IMG/VR virus record: IMGVR_UViG_2558860994_000004
Span: 1-64,000 of that record
DNA: 64,000 bases
Strand: one strand, 5' to 3'
Source: a virus
Lineage: Duplodnaviria; Caudoviricetes
Shown piece after piece: positions 37,356 through 46,307 of this stretch (position 1 is its first letter; each line of letters begins with the position of its first letter). The notes beneath the pieces were generated by a model that was not told the DNA's origin, did no database searches, and saw nothing but the letters and a program-made list of their open reading frames with translations. The position numbers and the translations under genes were made by a program.

Positions 37356-38193
37356 TAAATACTTTGACGGAACAAACCCAATCCTCACCATTGTTGGTGA
37401 TGAGCCTACAGAGCGAGATGTCAGCATGACAAACAATGCATCAATCGTAAAAACGGAACTATTAACCAATACTCAGCTGCCGCCCGGCCAAACAGTGCTT
37501 GTGCGGGTTAAAGGTGATATGGCATTCGACCAGATCATTTCAAATCTTGAGCAAATTAATGCCTTGGAAGGCTTTGCAGTTATTGGCGTAACCAGTGTGC
37601 CGGTAGAAGAAGAAAGCAATGACGATCCATTTACCTTTGTCAATGCTCAGTTTGGCGGTGAAAACATACAATATACGGGTGGAACGATAGCATTTGATTA
37701 TTTCAATGGTCTGCCAGCCTTTGCAATCACCACACCAGCTGCACTCAATAAATACTACACCTTTGGTCAGCCCAATTATGATATCGGTGGCGTTAATGTA
37801 TTTTCAGAAGTCCTTCTGATCATTTCACCAAATAGTAACGCGCGTGATGCCTATAGTAACCGCATGGCCGGTAATGGTGGCTTTGCCGTAGACCAAACCC
37901 CGGCTAACGGTGCCAATACAGGCGTTTCAATTTCAAAAGCTGGTGCACTTAATCTCTTTACAAAAACAGGCACTGATCTTCGTGTAACGGCACAAGTGGT
38001 TAATGATGCCGTGAACTGGTCAATTTACACTCCTGATGGTGGCATTACGGATGATTACAGTGACGCACAGCCAGGAATCCAGAATCAGCCTTTATACTGC
38101 CATGTCATTGCGATTTTGCATCCAGAATATAGTCAGGTTGATTTGACACAAATCCGTGTACCGCTTGCTTTGGAAGGCATGGAATTAAGTTAA
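37339..38193 (+). CDS. Putative head decoration/appendage protein
   Basis: Shared N-terminal domain plus an acidic linker and a beta-rich C-terminus. Confidence 0.6.
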   Translation: MPAVPDKYFDGTNPILTIVGDEPTERDVSMTNNASIVKTELLTNTQLPPGQTVLVRVKGDMAFDQIISNLEQINALEGFAVIGVTSVPVEEESNDDPFTFVNAQFGGENIQYTGGTIAFDYFNGLPAFAITTPAALNKYYTFGQPNYDIGGVNVFSEVLLIISPNSNARDAYSNRMAGNGGFAVDQTPANGANTGVSISKAGALNLFTKTGTDLRVTAQVVNDAVNWSIYTPDGGITDDYSDAQPGIQNQPLYCHVIAILHPEYSQVDLTQIRVPLALEGMELS

Positions 38194-38215
38194 ACCAAGA
38201 ATCCAGAAAGAATCT

Positions 38216-38242
38216 AAAAAGCAGCCAAAAGGCTGCTTTTTT
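38216..38242. terminator. Intrinsic terminator
   Basis: AAAAAGCAGCC-AAAA-GGCTGCTTTTTT. Confidence 0.85.
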
Positions 38243-38256
38243 CATGCCTGAACAAC

Positions 38257-38297
38257 TGGAACCTACCTCATTTTACCCAAAACCATGCTGACACAAT
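38257..38297 (+). promoter_or_regulatory. GGAAC-box late promoter candidate (sheath operon)
   Basis: TGGAACCTACC-...-CACAAT, 29-nt spacer. Confidence 0.7.
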
Positions 38298-38328
38298 AAC
38301 CATAAGCAGTAGGCCATAAGGCAAGGCA

Positions 38329-38616
38329 ATGAACACAACAAAGATTTTAGGTGAAGCGGTCGGTGTGCAGTGGCAGGGTGTTACTGACAATACCGAAACC
38401 AATACAGTGGCCGGTTTAACGCAAGCCATTGTGATTGGCCGGTTTAAACGGGGTGAAGTTGGACGTCCCATGGTGATTACCCCAAACAATATTCGTGGTC
38501 AGCTGGGGCATGAACCTACCAATCCTTATTACATCGCTGTGCAGGCCTGTTTAGATGCTGGTGTGCCCAGTGTGCAGGTGTTACGTGTAGCTGATTCAAT
38601 TCAACCTGAGGAATAA
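38329..38616 (+). CDS. Stand-alone tail-sheath N-terminal-domain-like protein (copy 1)
   Basis: LGEAVGV...IGRFKRGEVGRPMVIT..N...LG...VQVLRV; in frame with the downstream sheath ORF. Confidence 0.7.
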   Translation: MNTTKILGEAVGVQWQGVTDNTETNTVAGLTQAIVIGRFKRGEVGRPMVITPNNIRGQLGHEPTNPYYIAVQACLDAGVPSVQVLRVADSIQPEE

Positions 38617-38622
38617 AAAATC

Positions 38623-39921
38623 ATGACGCAAATTAGACTTTCAGGTGCAGGCGTTTTATCACTAGGCGCTACAGTTAGCCCAGCGCTGGTCATTAGTGCA
38701 ACGACAAAAAGCTATCTGGGTGATGATGCATCCCTTGATATCGCTTTTTTTGCGAAAGTGGCTAATCCGCTATCAGGTGATGATATCACCGTACGTTTAA
38801 CCTGGTTTGACTCAACTACAGACGATCAAATTTTTAAGATTCAGGGCACATTAAGCAATGATGAGGATGATTTGTCATCCATTCAGGCAGTCGCTGATGC
38901 TGCGGAAATCTTTGGAGAATTTAGTCTAATTCTTGGTTCTGGCCTGATTACTGCGGTTAAAAATTGCGTGGCTTTTAATGCATACAATGGCTTAAACCGT
39001 AACAGTTTTGCATTGCCGCTTCCAAGTGATCAGCCACCACCATTTGATGCCGATCAGGTCTATGACATTTTAACGGCTGAAGGTGTTCGACCAGCCTATC
39101 TGGTGCTGCCGACCCTGGATGATCTGGAGCTTTACAACACGGTTTATCGTGCAGCTGACAAGCTCAACATTCCCATGGACTGTGAGATTGACCCAACCAT
39201 TACACCAGAGCAGGCTGCTGACTTGGCGCTTAATCTGGATGCACAGGATCAGCGCGTACAACTAATTTGGTCGCCTAATATCTGCCGTCCGCGTGATGCC
39301 GTATCCCTACGGGGCCGCAAAGTACCAGCCTACGCCATTGGCGCATACCTTGGTATGAAGTTACTTCGCAATGCACGTACAACAGCAGAGGGTATCCCCA
39401 AAATTGGCGACCCGGTAGCCGGTTACGATTTTCCATTCACCATGAAAGGCCTAGAAATGCGGCCTGACGTGGTATTTAACGAGCAAACACTGGAAATGCT
39501 GGCTAAAGCTAAAGTGAATACTGTACGCCGCATGAGTTTTGGCGGGGGTGTGCGCTTTGTTCTCAGTGATGGCTTAACCCAGCGTCAAAGCAAGAACAGT
39601 GCGCTGCGCCTGGTCAATGCCACAGAAATTGCCTGCTATACCAGCAATATAGCAACCGACATTCTAAATCGTCACATGCTTAGACGCATGAGCAGCTACT
39701 TAACTGATGCTAGCCGCGAAATTGAAGCCTTTTTGAAAAAATGTGCGGCACCTACGGTTGGCCTGTTGCAGCCTGCCGCAGATTTGGGCGGTGCGCCGTA
39801 TGTATTTAGTTTAACGCCCGATGCTGACTATCCGTTTGAACGTGTTCGGCTGTATATGGCGCGTGGTATAGACGGTATGACCCGTGCTGCAATTTTTGAT
39901 AAAGACATTCTTAGTAAGTAG
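38623..39921 (+). CDS. Tail sheath protein (P1 gp22-like, lacking the N-terminal domain)
   Basis: LLRNARTT...PVAG.DFPF...LAKAKVN.V...VLSDGLTQ...SALRLVNA...ERVRL. Confidence 0.75.
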   Translation: MTQIRLSGAGVLSLGATVSPALVISATTKSYLGDDASLDIAFFAKVANPLSGDDITVRLTWFDSTTDDQIFKIQGTLSNDEDDLSSIQAVADAAEIFGEFSLILGSGLITAVKNCVAFNAYNGLNRNSFALPLPSDQPPPFDADQVYDILTAEGVRPAYLVLPTLDDLELYNTVYRAADKLNIPMDCEIDPTITPEQAADLALNLDAQDQRVQLIWSPNICRPRDAVSLRGRKVPAYAIGAYLGMKLLRNARTTAEGIPKIGDPVAGYDFPFTMKGLEMRPDVVFNEQTLEMLAKAKVNTVRRMSFGGGVRFVLSDGLTQRQSKNSALRLVNATEIACYTSNIATDILNRHMLRRMSSYLTDASREIEAFLKKCAAPTVGLLQPAADLGGAPYVFSLTPDADYPFERVRLYMARGIDGMTRAAIFDKDILSK

Positions 39922-39936
39922 TTGGAGTAAGAAATA

Positions 39937-40728
39937 ATGATTTTTGGACATAAACGTAAAACCCCGGTGCCAGCGCTGATTGTGCCTGGCTTTGATTCTG
40001 TAGCCGTGGCGATTAGCCAGGCTGCAACCCTGACTGCCAGTGAACAACGTGAGCAGCAATCATTTATTGAGCATGTGCGTGAACAGGCGCTGCATATCGT
40101 GTCGCATATGGCTGATACGATTATTGAAGGCAAACTAGAAGAAGGCGAGCTGCCCACTGACCTGCTGGACGGCCTGATGATCGAGGCACTGGATGGACTG
40201 GACGACGACGATAGCGACATTGAAGGCGCATTGGCCGGGTCCATTCAAGATGCATTGTCGTCTTTCGACGTGGATGATTCTGTCATCAATGAAATGTTCG
40301 GTGATAATGTCACTGCTGCCGATGCTGCGATTGAAGCTGCTGCTGCAACCATTATCGCGAATATGCCCGATGAAGGTGAACCACTGGATGAATTTGCCCG
40401 TGAATTCATCTTCGGTGAGCCAGATGACATTGAGGAGGGGTTTGACTCTATCAGTGGTAAGCGCTTGACTAAGGCACAGACTAAAGCCAAAGTCGGGGCG
40501 TTCTCGCATAAAAAAGTGGGTGGCCGTAAGGTTGCTTATAAAGGGGTACTGGCCATTCGTAAAGGCATCAAAACCATTGTGAACAAGCGACTGCCTGGGC
40601 AGAAAATCCGTCAATCTGCTGACCAGAAACAGGCGATTAAAAAAGCCCGCCTGAAAGCACACACGGCTAATTCCATTCGCCAGCGTGTGAAATCGTTTAA
40701 GAAAGGTCGCAAGATGGGTTTGTATTAA
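39937..40728 (+). CDS. Prohead core/scaffold-like protein (acidic body, basic tail)
   Basis: D/E-rich middle; K/R-rich C-terminus (KKARLKAHT...RVKSFKKGRKMGL). Confidence 0.55.
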   Translation: MIFGHKRKTPVPALIVPGFDSVAVAISQAATLTASEQREQQSFIEHVREQALHIVSHMADTIIEGKLEEGELPTDLLDGLMIEALDGLDDDDSDIEGALAGSIQDALSSFDVDDSVINEMFGDNVTAADAAIEAAAATIIANMPDEGEPLDEFAREFIFGEPDDIEEGFDSISGKRLTKAQTKAKVGAFSHKKVGGRKVAYKGVLAIRKGIKTIVNKRLPGQKIRQSADQKQAIKKARLKAHTANSIRQRVKSFKKGRKMGLY

Positions 40729-40749
40729 ACTACAGCGAATGATTGCGTT

Positions 40750-40775
40750 AAAAGGCTGCTTAGGCGGCCTTTTTT
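40750..40775. terminator. Bidirectional terminator
   Basis: AAAAGGCTGC-TTAG-GCGGCCTTTTT between convergent genes. Confidence 0.8.
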
Positions 40776-40786
40776 AATTACTAGAT

Positions 40787-40978
40787 TTATTTATCTGCAT
40801 AGCATTTGGTCAATACATCGTGGTAGTGCTGATTCGCTTTGTCATAAGCGGTTTTAGCTTTTTCAATGGTTGCCTTGTCACCACTGGATAGCGACTTATC
40901 ATAATTTGCCCAAGCCTTTATTCTTTTACCATGGGCCTTGCTGTATTCCTTTTGCATATCAGTCATCATGATCTCCAA
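40787..40978 (-). CDS. Small accessory protein
   Basis: 63-aa ORF antisense to the late region. Confidence 0.55.
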   Translation of the reverse strand: MEIMMTDMQKEYSKAHGKRIKAWANYDKSLSSGDKATIEKAKTAYDKANQHYHDVLTKCYADK

Positions 40979-40981
40979 TTA

Positions 40982-41257
40982 CTAAATTTCTAAATATAAC
41001 TTAGCCTGATTGTAAGCGGTATCCAGTTCACTCAAGTAATCCTGCAAATAATCTGAGCCTATCAAATTTTTCTGATGAAAGTCGTGTGCTTCACGCTTTA
41101 AGCCTTCATAGTCCATTTCCAAAAATTCAACATAATTTCTAATATATGTCATTACTTTCCAGTCCAGATGCTTTTCATCCAAAAACAGGTTTTTACCCTT
41201 TTCTAAAATTGCTGTCGCTTTTTCCTGAGTCATGGGTTCCTGAATAATATTTTTCAC
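40982..41257 (-). CDS. Small accessory protein
   Basis: 91-aa AT-rich ORF, 3 nt from the next gene. Confidence 0.6.
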   Translation of the reverse strand: MKNIIQEPMTQEKATAILEKGKNLFLDEKHLDWKVMTYIRNYVEFLEMDYEGLKREAHDFHQKNLIGSDYLQDYLSELDTAYNQAKLYLEI

Positions 41258-41311
41258 TTTGGAAAATCCCTAGGGTATGTGTTTTGAATAATAAAGTCCT
41301 TTATTGTCATT

Positions 41312-41352
41312 TGGAACCATGCAGGTCAGGGTATTTTCTAAACAAGCAAAAT
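41312..41352 (+). promoter_or_regulatory. GGAAC-box late promoter candidate (hdf-baseplate operon)
   Basis: TGGAACCATGC-...-CAAAAT, 29-nt spacer. Confidence 0.65.
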
Positions 41353-41381
41353 AGCCATAAGTAAACTTAGAGTATTGTGAC

Positions 41382-41915
41382 ATGGCTGGTTTAAACCTTG
41401 CGACATTAACCAATAAAGATGCATATATTGAAAAAATCCGTGCCGCACTGGAAACCGCAACCGGGCAACAAATCCCGGCGGGTACCGTAGAGGTAGGGAA
41501 AGTCAAACGGGTGAGTGGGGTAAGCGCGGCACCTGTTACCTTTGCATTTGCTGGTGGTCAGTCATTGACCCTTTATGTACGTGCGACTGCCGATGTATTT
41601 AAGGCTGAACTCAATGGCAAGGTCATCGTCCTGTCCGGTGATTTCAGTAACGACTGGAAACAAACCTTTGACGCTGCTGTGACTGGTGTGGCCAAGCTGG
41701 TACGTGATGGCCAAAAGGCGAAACAGGCAGAAAATGCACGTCAAAAAGTTAAAATTCCGCGTGCACCCAGCCAAAGCGTTACGGCAAAAATCAAGGAAGT
41801 GCAAGAACAGGAAGCCCAGCTTGATCAGCGTATCACTGAAAAAACTGCCCAGCGTGACCAGTTAAAAGAAAAACTGGAACAGGCCCGCGCGCAAATTGCA
41901 GCAGTGACCCAGTAA
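41382..41915 (+). CDS. hdf: Hdf-like protein (DarA N-terminal-domain homologue)
   Basis: KVKRVSGVSAAPVTFAFAGGQSLTLYVR...KAELNGK parallels DarA KPFKRNKVAQVAVTYDMADGQSVTILF. Confidence 0.65.
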   Translation: MAGLNLATLTNKDAYIEKIRAALETATGQQIPAGTVEVGKVKRVSGVSAAPVTFAFAGGQSLTLYVRATADVFKAELNGKVIVLSGDFSNDWKQTFDAAVTGVAKLVRDGQKAKQAENARQKVKIPRAPSQSVTAKIKEVQEQEAQLDQRITEKTAQRDQLKEKLEQARAQIAAVTQ

Positions 41916-41925
41916 GGGAGCCATC

Positions 41926-42285
41926 ATGGAAAATTCAATATTTATTGATATTTTTTTGATTGTACTTTCCCTGTGTTATGCAGGTTTTAGCTATGGCTGG
42001 AACAACAAGAACCGGGACACCATTTTAAAACTTAAAAATGATGTGTCCTATTCAAATTTGGTGATTCTGGCACGTATCCCTTTTCTCATCATTATGGCCC
42101 TGGTGCTGGTCTGGTTGGGATTTATGTGCTCGCTACTGTATGAGTGCCTGCTGTACTGGAAGGCTGCCGGTACGGGCTGTTACCTGTTGCTGGTGCTATT
42201 TGCTGGCGTCACTACCTGGCAAATTGGGGTTGCGCAGTACTGCAAGCTCATCCTGATCCATGCCAAAAGCCGTGGACTGACCTAA
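41926..42285 (+). CDS. Small multi-TM membrane protein
   Basis: Three hydrophobic segments; function unknown. Confidence 0.6.
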   Translation: MENSIFIDIFLIVLSLCYAGFSYGWNNKNRDTILKLKNDVSYSNLVILARIPFLIIMALVLVWLGFMCSLLYECLLYWKAAGTGCYLLLVLFAGVTTWQIGVAQYCKLILIHAKSRGLT

Positions 42286-42620
42286 TGATTGTTACCCAGC
42301 ACATCATTGCCATGATTGAGCATTGGCTGAGTACGCCGCCCAATGCTTACATCGGGTCCAGCTATGGCGCTCCGCTCAATGATCTGATCTTAAACCGGTT
42401 AAGTGCGCCGGTTGGCAATGCATTTATTGCCAAGATGAAAACCGATATTCCTATTTTAACCAAGCTTAGCCCGGACCAGCTTTCGCTGTATAGCGACACA
42501 CAAGGCCATGAAACCCGCATTATTTATTTGCGTGTGGGGAATGTGAATATCAACCTGAATAAAGCAGCTGAAGTGCGGGCACAACTTCGCGGGGAAACTT
42601 TTGATGTTAACGCAGTCTGA
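42285..42620 (+). CDS. Baseplate wedge protein (gp25/PmgA-like)
   Basis: HWLSTPPNAYIGSSYG...KMKTDIPIL; TAATG coupling; precedes the J-like gene. Confidence 0.65.
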   Translation: MIVTQHIIAMIEHWLSTPPNAYIGSSYGAPLNDLILNRLSAPVGNAFIAKMKTDIPILTKLSPDQLSLYSDTQGHETRIIYLRVGNVNINLNKAAEVRAQLRGETFDVNAV

Positions 42621-44055
42621 TTTTGAAGCCGCATTGGTTGCAACCATTACTGACCCAGAGATTCTTGAGCGATATACCGCACAGGATCCACTGGTCATTC
42701 AGCAAATCCGCTCACAGGCGGCATTTTTTAGCCTAATGGCACAGGAAATTGATATTGCAACGCTTGAGCCGTTCAATAAAACCCGTGACCGCTCAATTAT
42801 TGCCGATGCCACGAATAAGGGAATATTGCCTATTGCCACGGCTTGCCAGCATATTCTGGAAGTCATTAACCGCTCAACGGCAAGTATCACGTTAAGCCAA
42901 GGGCGGATGATAGAGGATAATAGCGGCGGGCGACCATGGCGTTTATTGCAATCCGTGACGGTGCCAGCTGGTGCTACAGGTCAGGTCGTAGTTGAACAAA
43001 GCGAGTACCGTGAAATTTCATACACGGTGCCGACCACAGAGCCTTTTCACCGTTTTAAGGTGGATTTAAAGGATGATCTGTCACTAGCCAATATCAGTGT
43101 GCGTGATACCGCTACACCAGCCAACCCATACCCGTTAAAAATTCGCTGGATGAATGCCGCAGCGCTGGATTATGCGGTCAATGTTACAACTGATAGTTTA
43201 CGGCGCCTGTTTGTTGAGTTTGGTGATGATGAGCGGGCAGGGCGCACGGCACAGGCCAACCAAGTATTTATTATTGCCTTGCTTGAAACCTATGGGGAAG
43301 TTGACGTATCGCGCTTGCGTGATGCCTCATTGCTTGATGTGCTCAGCAGTGATGAACAGCGCGTTTCCGTTCGCTTTAAATCGGGTGGACTTGTTAAACA
43401 GGGTGCAGACCCACTCAATGTGGCCCAGCTTCGCCTACTGGCCAGTTATCCGGCGCTTTATGATGAAAATGCCGTATTTTTAGAAAACTTTGATTATCTG
43501 GTACGTCAGAAATTCATGAACCGCACGCATTTTATTTCAGTCTGGAATGAAAATGTGCAGGAACGGCATTACGGCGTCACATGGCATGACATCAATCATT
43601 TGAACCTTGCCGTTGTTGCTAAAAATCCAGCGGAGCAGGCCAGCATTCAGCAGGAAATAAAGCAGCTCATTGGGCGTGCTGATAGTTTGTATCAGGATCG
43701 GATGAATATTCGGGTAGTAGCAGAAAAACCGTGTCAGGTGACTATTACCGGGCGGCTAGCTGCAGTGCATGATCTGGACACCGTTAAGGCACAGATTAAA
43801 AACCTATTGGTTGACCGTTATGGCCGTACCACCATTGTTGCAAGTCGCTGGCTGGTGAATGGCTTTAACAGTCAGGAAATGGCCACGCTGTTGCGCAATA
43901 ACATTGTCGCGTTTCAGGACCGTATCAGTGATTTTTCAATCAATGTGCAGGCTGGCACCAACAAGCCGCATGAGTGGGTCTATCTGACGGCTGACAGTAT
44001 TACGGTCAATCTTGAGCGAACTGCCGATTCAGTGAGCGCGCCATGGATACTTTAA
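42604..44055 (+). CDS. Baseplate wedge protein (BplA/gpJ-like)
   Basis: 484 aa; SIIADATNKGILP...VEFGD...G; position within the baseplate operon. Confidence 0.75.
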   Translation: MLTQSDFEAALVATITDPEILERYTAQDPLVIQQIRSQAAFFSLMAQEIDIATLEPFNKTRDRSIIADATNKGILPIATACQHILEVINRSTASITLSQGRMIEDNSGGRPWRLLQSVTVPAGATGQVVVEQSEYREISYTVPTTEPFHRFKVDLKDDLSLANISVRDTATPANPYPLKIRWMNAAALDYAVNVTTDSLRRLFVEFGDDERAGRTAQANQVFIIALLETYGEVDVSRLRDASLLDVLSSDEQRVSVRFKSGGLVKQGADPLNVAQLRLLASYPALYDENAVFLENFDYLVRQKFMNRTHFISVWNENVQERHYGVTWHDINHLNLAVVAKNPAEQASIQQEIKQLIGRADSLYQDRMNIRVVAEKPCQVTITGRLAAVHDLDTVKAQIKNLLVDRYGRTTIVASRWLVNGFNSQEMATLLRNNIVAFQDRISDFSINVQAGTNKPHEWVYLTADSITVNLERTADSVSAPWIL

Positions 44056-44654
44056 ACTTTACCCGGCCGGTTGATGATCAATATGCGCACATCGGTTTGG
44101 AAACGGCACTGGTTCAGGCGTTCCACCAGGTGTATATCGAACAGTTCAGCCAGAAAATGCAGGATTTGGTTGATTATGGCGCCCCGCATATCGGTAGCCG
44201 CACGGTTATTGAAAGGTTTAGCAAACAGGACGGACTGGTTGTGTTACGCCGTCCAGTCACGTCTGATACGTTAATGCGAGTGATTTATGCAAACTGGTCC
44301 AGTCTGGCCAGTGAACGGGGCTTGGGCTTTTTAGAATTTGTGCTGAAAATGGTCTGGGCAAATCAATGGCAAATTATCAGGCTATGGCACAGCGTTGCAC
44401 GCATCAACCAATATCCTTTGTTTTTAAGCACTGAACAGCAGGCCAATTATTTCCTGACCAGCCGCATCATGATTAGTCTTGATGCTACGGTTAGTATTGC
44501 AGAAATAGCGGAGTTGTCGCCCATTATCCGCCGTTTGGTGCCTGCTAATATCGTGGTCAAGGTCAATGCCAAGGCCTTAAACCGGGAAGCGGAAACCAAG
44601 GCGATTGGCGTTGCTATGGTGGGCAAGGTTTATAATGTGGTGGATTTAAGCTAA
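44043..44654 (+). CDS. Baseplate protein (gpI-like)
   Basis: ERGLGFLEFVL...LTSRI...RRLVPANIV; follows the J-like gene. Confidence 0.6.
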   Translation: MDTLNFTRPVDDQYAHIGLETALVQAFHQVYIEQFSQKMQDLVDYGAPHIGSRTVIERFSKQDGLVVLRRPVTSDTLMRVIYANWSSLASERGLGFLEFVLKMVWANQWQIIRLWHSVARINQYPLFLSTEQQANYFLTSRIMISLDATVSIAEIAELSPIIRRLVPANIVVKVNAKALNREAETKAIGVAMVGKVYNVVDLS

Positions 44655-44663
44655 GCGTTCTTA

Positions 44664-45047
44664 TTATTTTTTAGGGGGTTTGTCGTTATCGTAAACCCCT
44701 TCGATAATTAACTGGGAATCCGTTTCAAGCAAAACGCACACCTGAGCGTGATAATCCAGGTCATTAACGATTTTGATAGCTTCTTCAACATCATCAAATT
44801 TCTTAGCCAAAATCGGAGTACGCGCATAAGCACGCTTGATCATCATATTATTTTCTTCAAATTTTGCTAGAAATTCATCTGGTTCAGGCAAATGAACCAC
44901 ATAGCCGTTAAAGCTAGTGTTATCAGGCAGGCCCAGTTCTTTAATCGTGTCTTTTAAATTGCGTGGCCTAAGGTCATATTTTTCAGCCAGCGTTTCAGCC
45001 TGTTTTTTTCGTTCTTCAAAATTCCCGCGTTGCTTGGCCTGACCCAT
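44664..45047 (-). CDS. Accessory hypothetical protein
   Basis: MGQAKQRG N-terminal motif; antisense insertion. Confidence 0.65.
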   Translation of the reverse strand: MGQAKQRGNFEERKKQAETLAEKYDLRPRNLKDTIKELGLPDNTSFNGYVVHLPEPDEFLAKFEENNMMIKRAYARTPILAKKFDDVEEAIKIVNDLDYHAQVCVLLETDSQLIIEGVYDNDKPPKK

Positions 45048-45082
45048 ATTTCATACTCAATAAAAAGATTAAATATTTATAT

Positions 45083-45123
45083 TGGAACTACCCACCTTTT
45101 GCAAATTTTAAATAACGCACACT
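45083..45123 (+). promoter_or_regulatory. GGAAC-box late promoter candidate (tube operon)
   Basis: TGGAACTACCC-...-CACACT, 29-nt spacer. Confidence 0.6.
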
Positions 45124-45152
45124 AGACGCATCAAAGCATTTCGAGAACAACA

Positions 45153-45803
45153 ATGCGTCAGTCCAACCCAATCTTAGCTCATCAGCTGGAAGCCGATGCA
45201 CAGGCCATGCTGCAACTGGGTTCCCCACTTCTATCATGTCAGGGGATGTTTGTACCGCGTGACATGCCGGAACTACGCTTTTTATTTAAAAGTGGCCCGC
45301 GTCCAATTATCACCAATAGTGATCCTGCTGAAACTCACATGGCTGGCGGCAATGTGATTATCACCGCAGGTTGCCCTGTGACCAAGTACACGGGCAATTT
45401 ACAAATCATTGTGACCGAAGCTTGTCATGAGCAATTGTTCGCTGAATATATCGTGGCCAGTGGCGGGATACTGGATGTGTGCGATTTTTATGATGGGCGC
45501 GTCGATAGCTTTACCGCTGCCTACGAACTTAAAAACTGTGCAATTCGCTTTGAGCCTGGCGAATGGGATAGTGAGAGCAAATCGCAGACCCAAATCATAT
45601 CCGCGCCTATTGATTACAACTACTACGGCAATTTTGCCAGCATTGGCGTCAATGGCACCGTATTGCCCGGTAAGCGCAAGGTTGAAGGCGTGGACGACCT
45701 GATTAACAGAGTTGAACGTGTAGTCCGTACGGCACAGTCTGCTACTAGCCTTGCACGTAATGCCGTCAGTGTTGGTCGCCAAATCGGTTCTTTGTTTGGG
45801 TAA
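45153..45803 (+). CDS. Tail tube protein (P1 Tub-like)
   Basis: ETHMAGG...KYTGNLQII...YDG...IRFEP...SQTQII...YNYYG pattern. Confidence 0.65.
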   Translation: MRQSNPILAHQLEADAQAMLQLGSPLLSCQGMFVPRDMPELRFLFKSGPRPIITNSDPAETHMAGGNVIITAGCPVTKYTGNLQIIVTEACHEQLFAEYIVASGGILDVCDFYDGRVDSFTAAYELKNCAIRFEPGEWDSESKSQTQIISAPIDYNYYGNFASIGVNGTVLPGKRKVEGVDDLINRVERVVRTAQSATSLARNAVSVGRQIGSLFG

Positions 45804-45812
45804 GCAGGGACA

Positions 45813-45836
45813 GCATGCGGGAGTTTTCCCGCATGC
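45813..45836. other. Perfect 10-bp hairpin with no U-tract after the tube gene
   Basis: GCATGCGGGA-GTTT-TCCCGCATGC. Confidence 0.6.
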
Positions 45837-45854
45837 CGCATAGGGTGAGTTGAT

Positions 45855-46307
45855 ATGGCCATGATCTTAAATCCTTATAACGGGACGCATTATCCAGATG
45901 CAGAGGCAGGCACAATTGAAAGTCTGGCATTGCATTTACAGCTTGAGTTGACTGGCAGCGGTTACTCATTGCTGGATGAAGATGTACTGCGCCTGTACCT
46001 CACTGAAACCCAGTATTACGCAGCGTGGGCAACCCTTGAATGCCAGAAGAAAGCGACAAGTCTATTTATATTGGATAAGGACATTGAATTAATGGCTTTT
46101 GAATGGGCCATTATTGATCCTGTTATCCGGGCACACTGCAACCTGATGCAGGCTCACTTAATTGAAGCGTGCAGTAGTCTGGGCTGGCCGGGTTTTAATT
46201 TAACAGTGACTGAAGCTGACCAGATTTATAAGGAAGAGCGTGAAAAGCTGCAAAAAGCTGCTTTTTGTGAAAAGCCTTTTAGCTTCAAAACCCTGAGCGG
46301 CCTGTAA
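45855..46307 (+). CDS. Putative tail/neck morphogenesis protein
   Basis: Late operon ORF after the tube gene. Confidence 0.6.
   Translation: MAMILNPYNGTHYPDAEAGTIESLALHLQLELTGSGYSLLDEDVLRLYLTETQYYAAWATLECQKKATSLFILDKDIELMAFEWAIIDPVIRAHCNLMQAHLIEACSSLGWPGFNLTVTEADQIYKEEREKLQKAAFCEKPFSFKTLSGL

Noticed and set aside
41926-42285. Holin call for the small multi-TM protein
   Set aside because: No endolysin or spanin gene nearby; hydrophobicity alone is insufficient.
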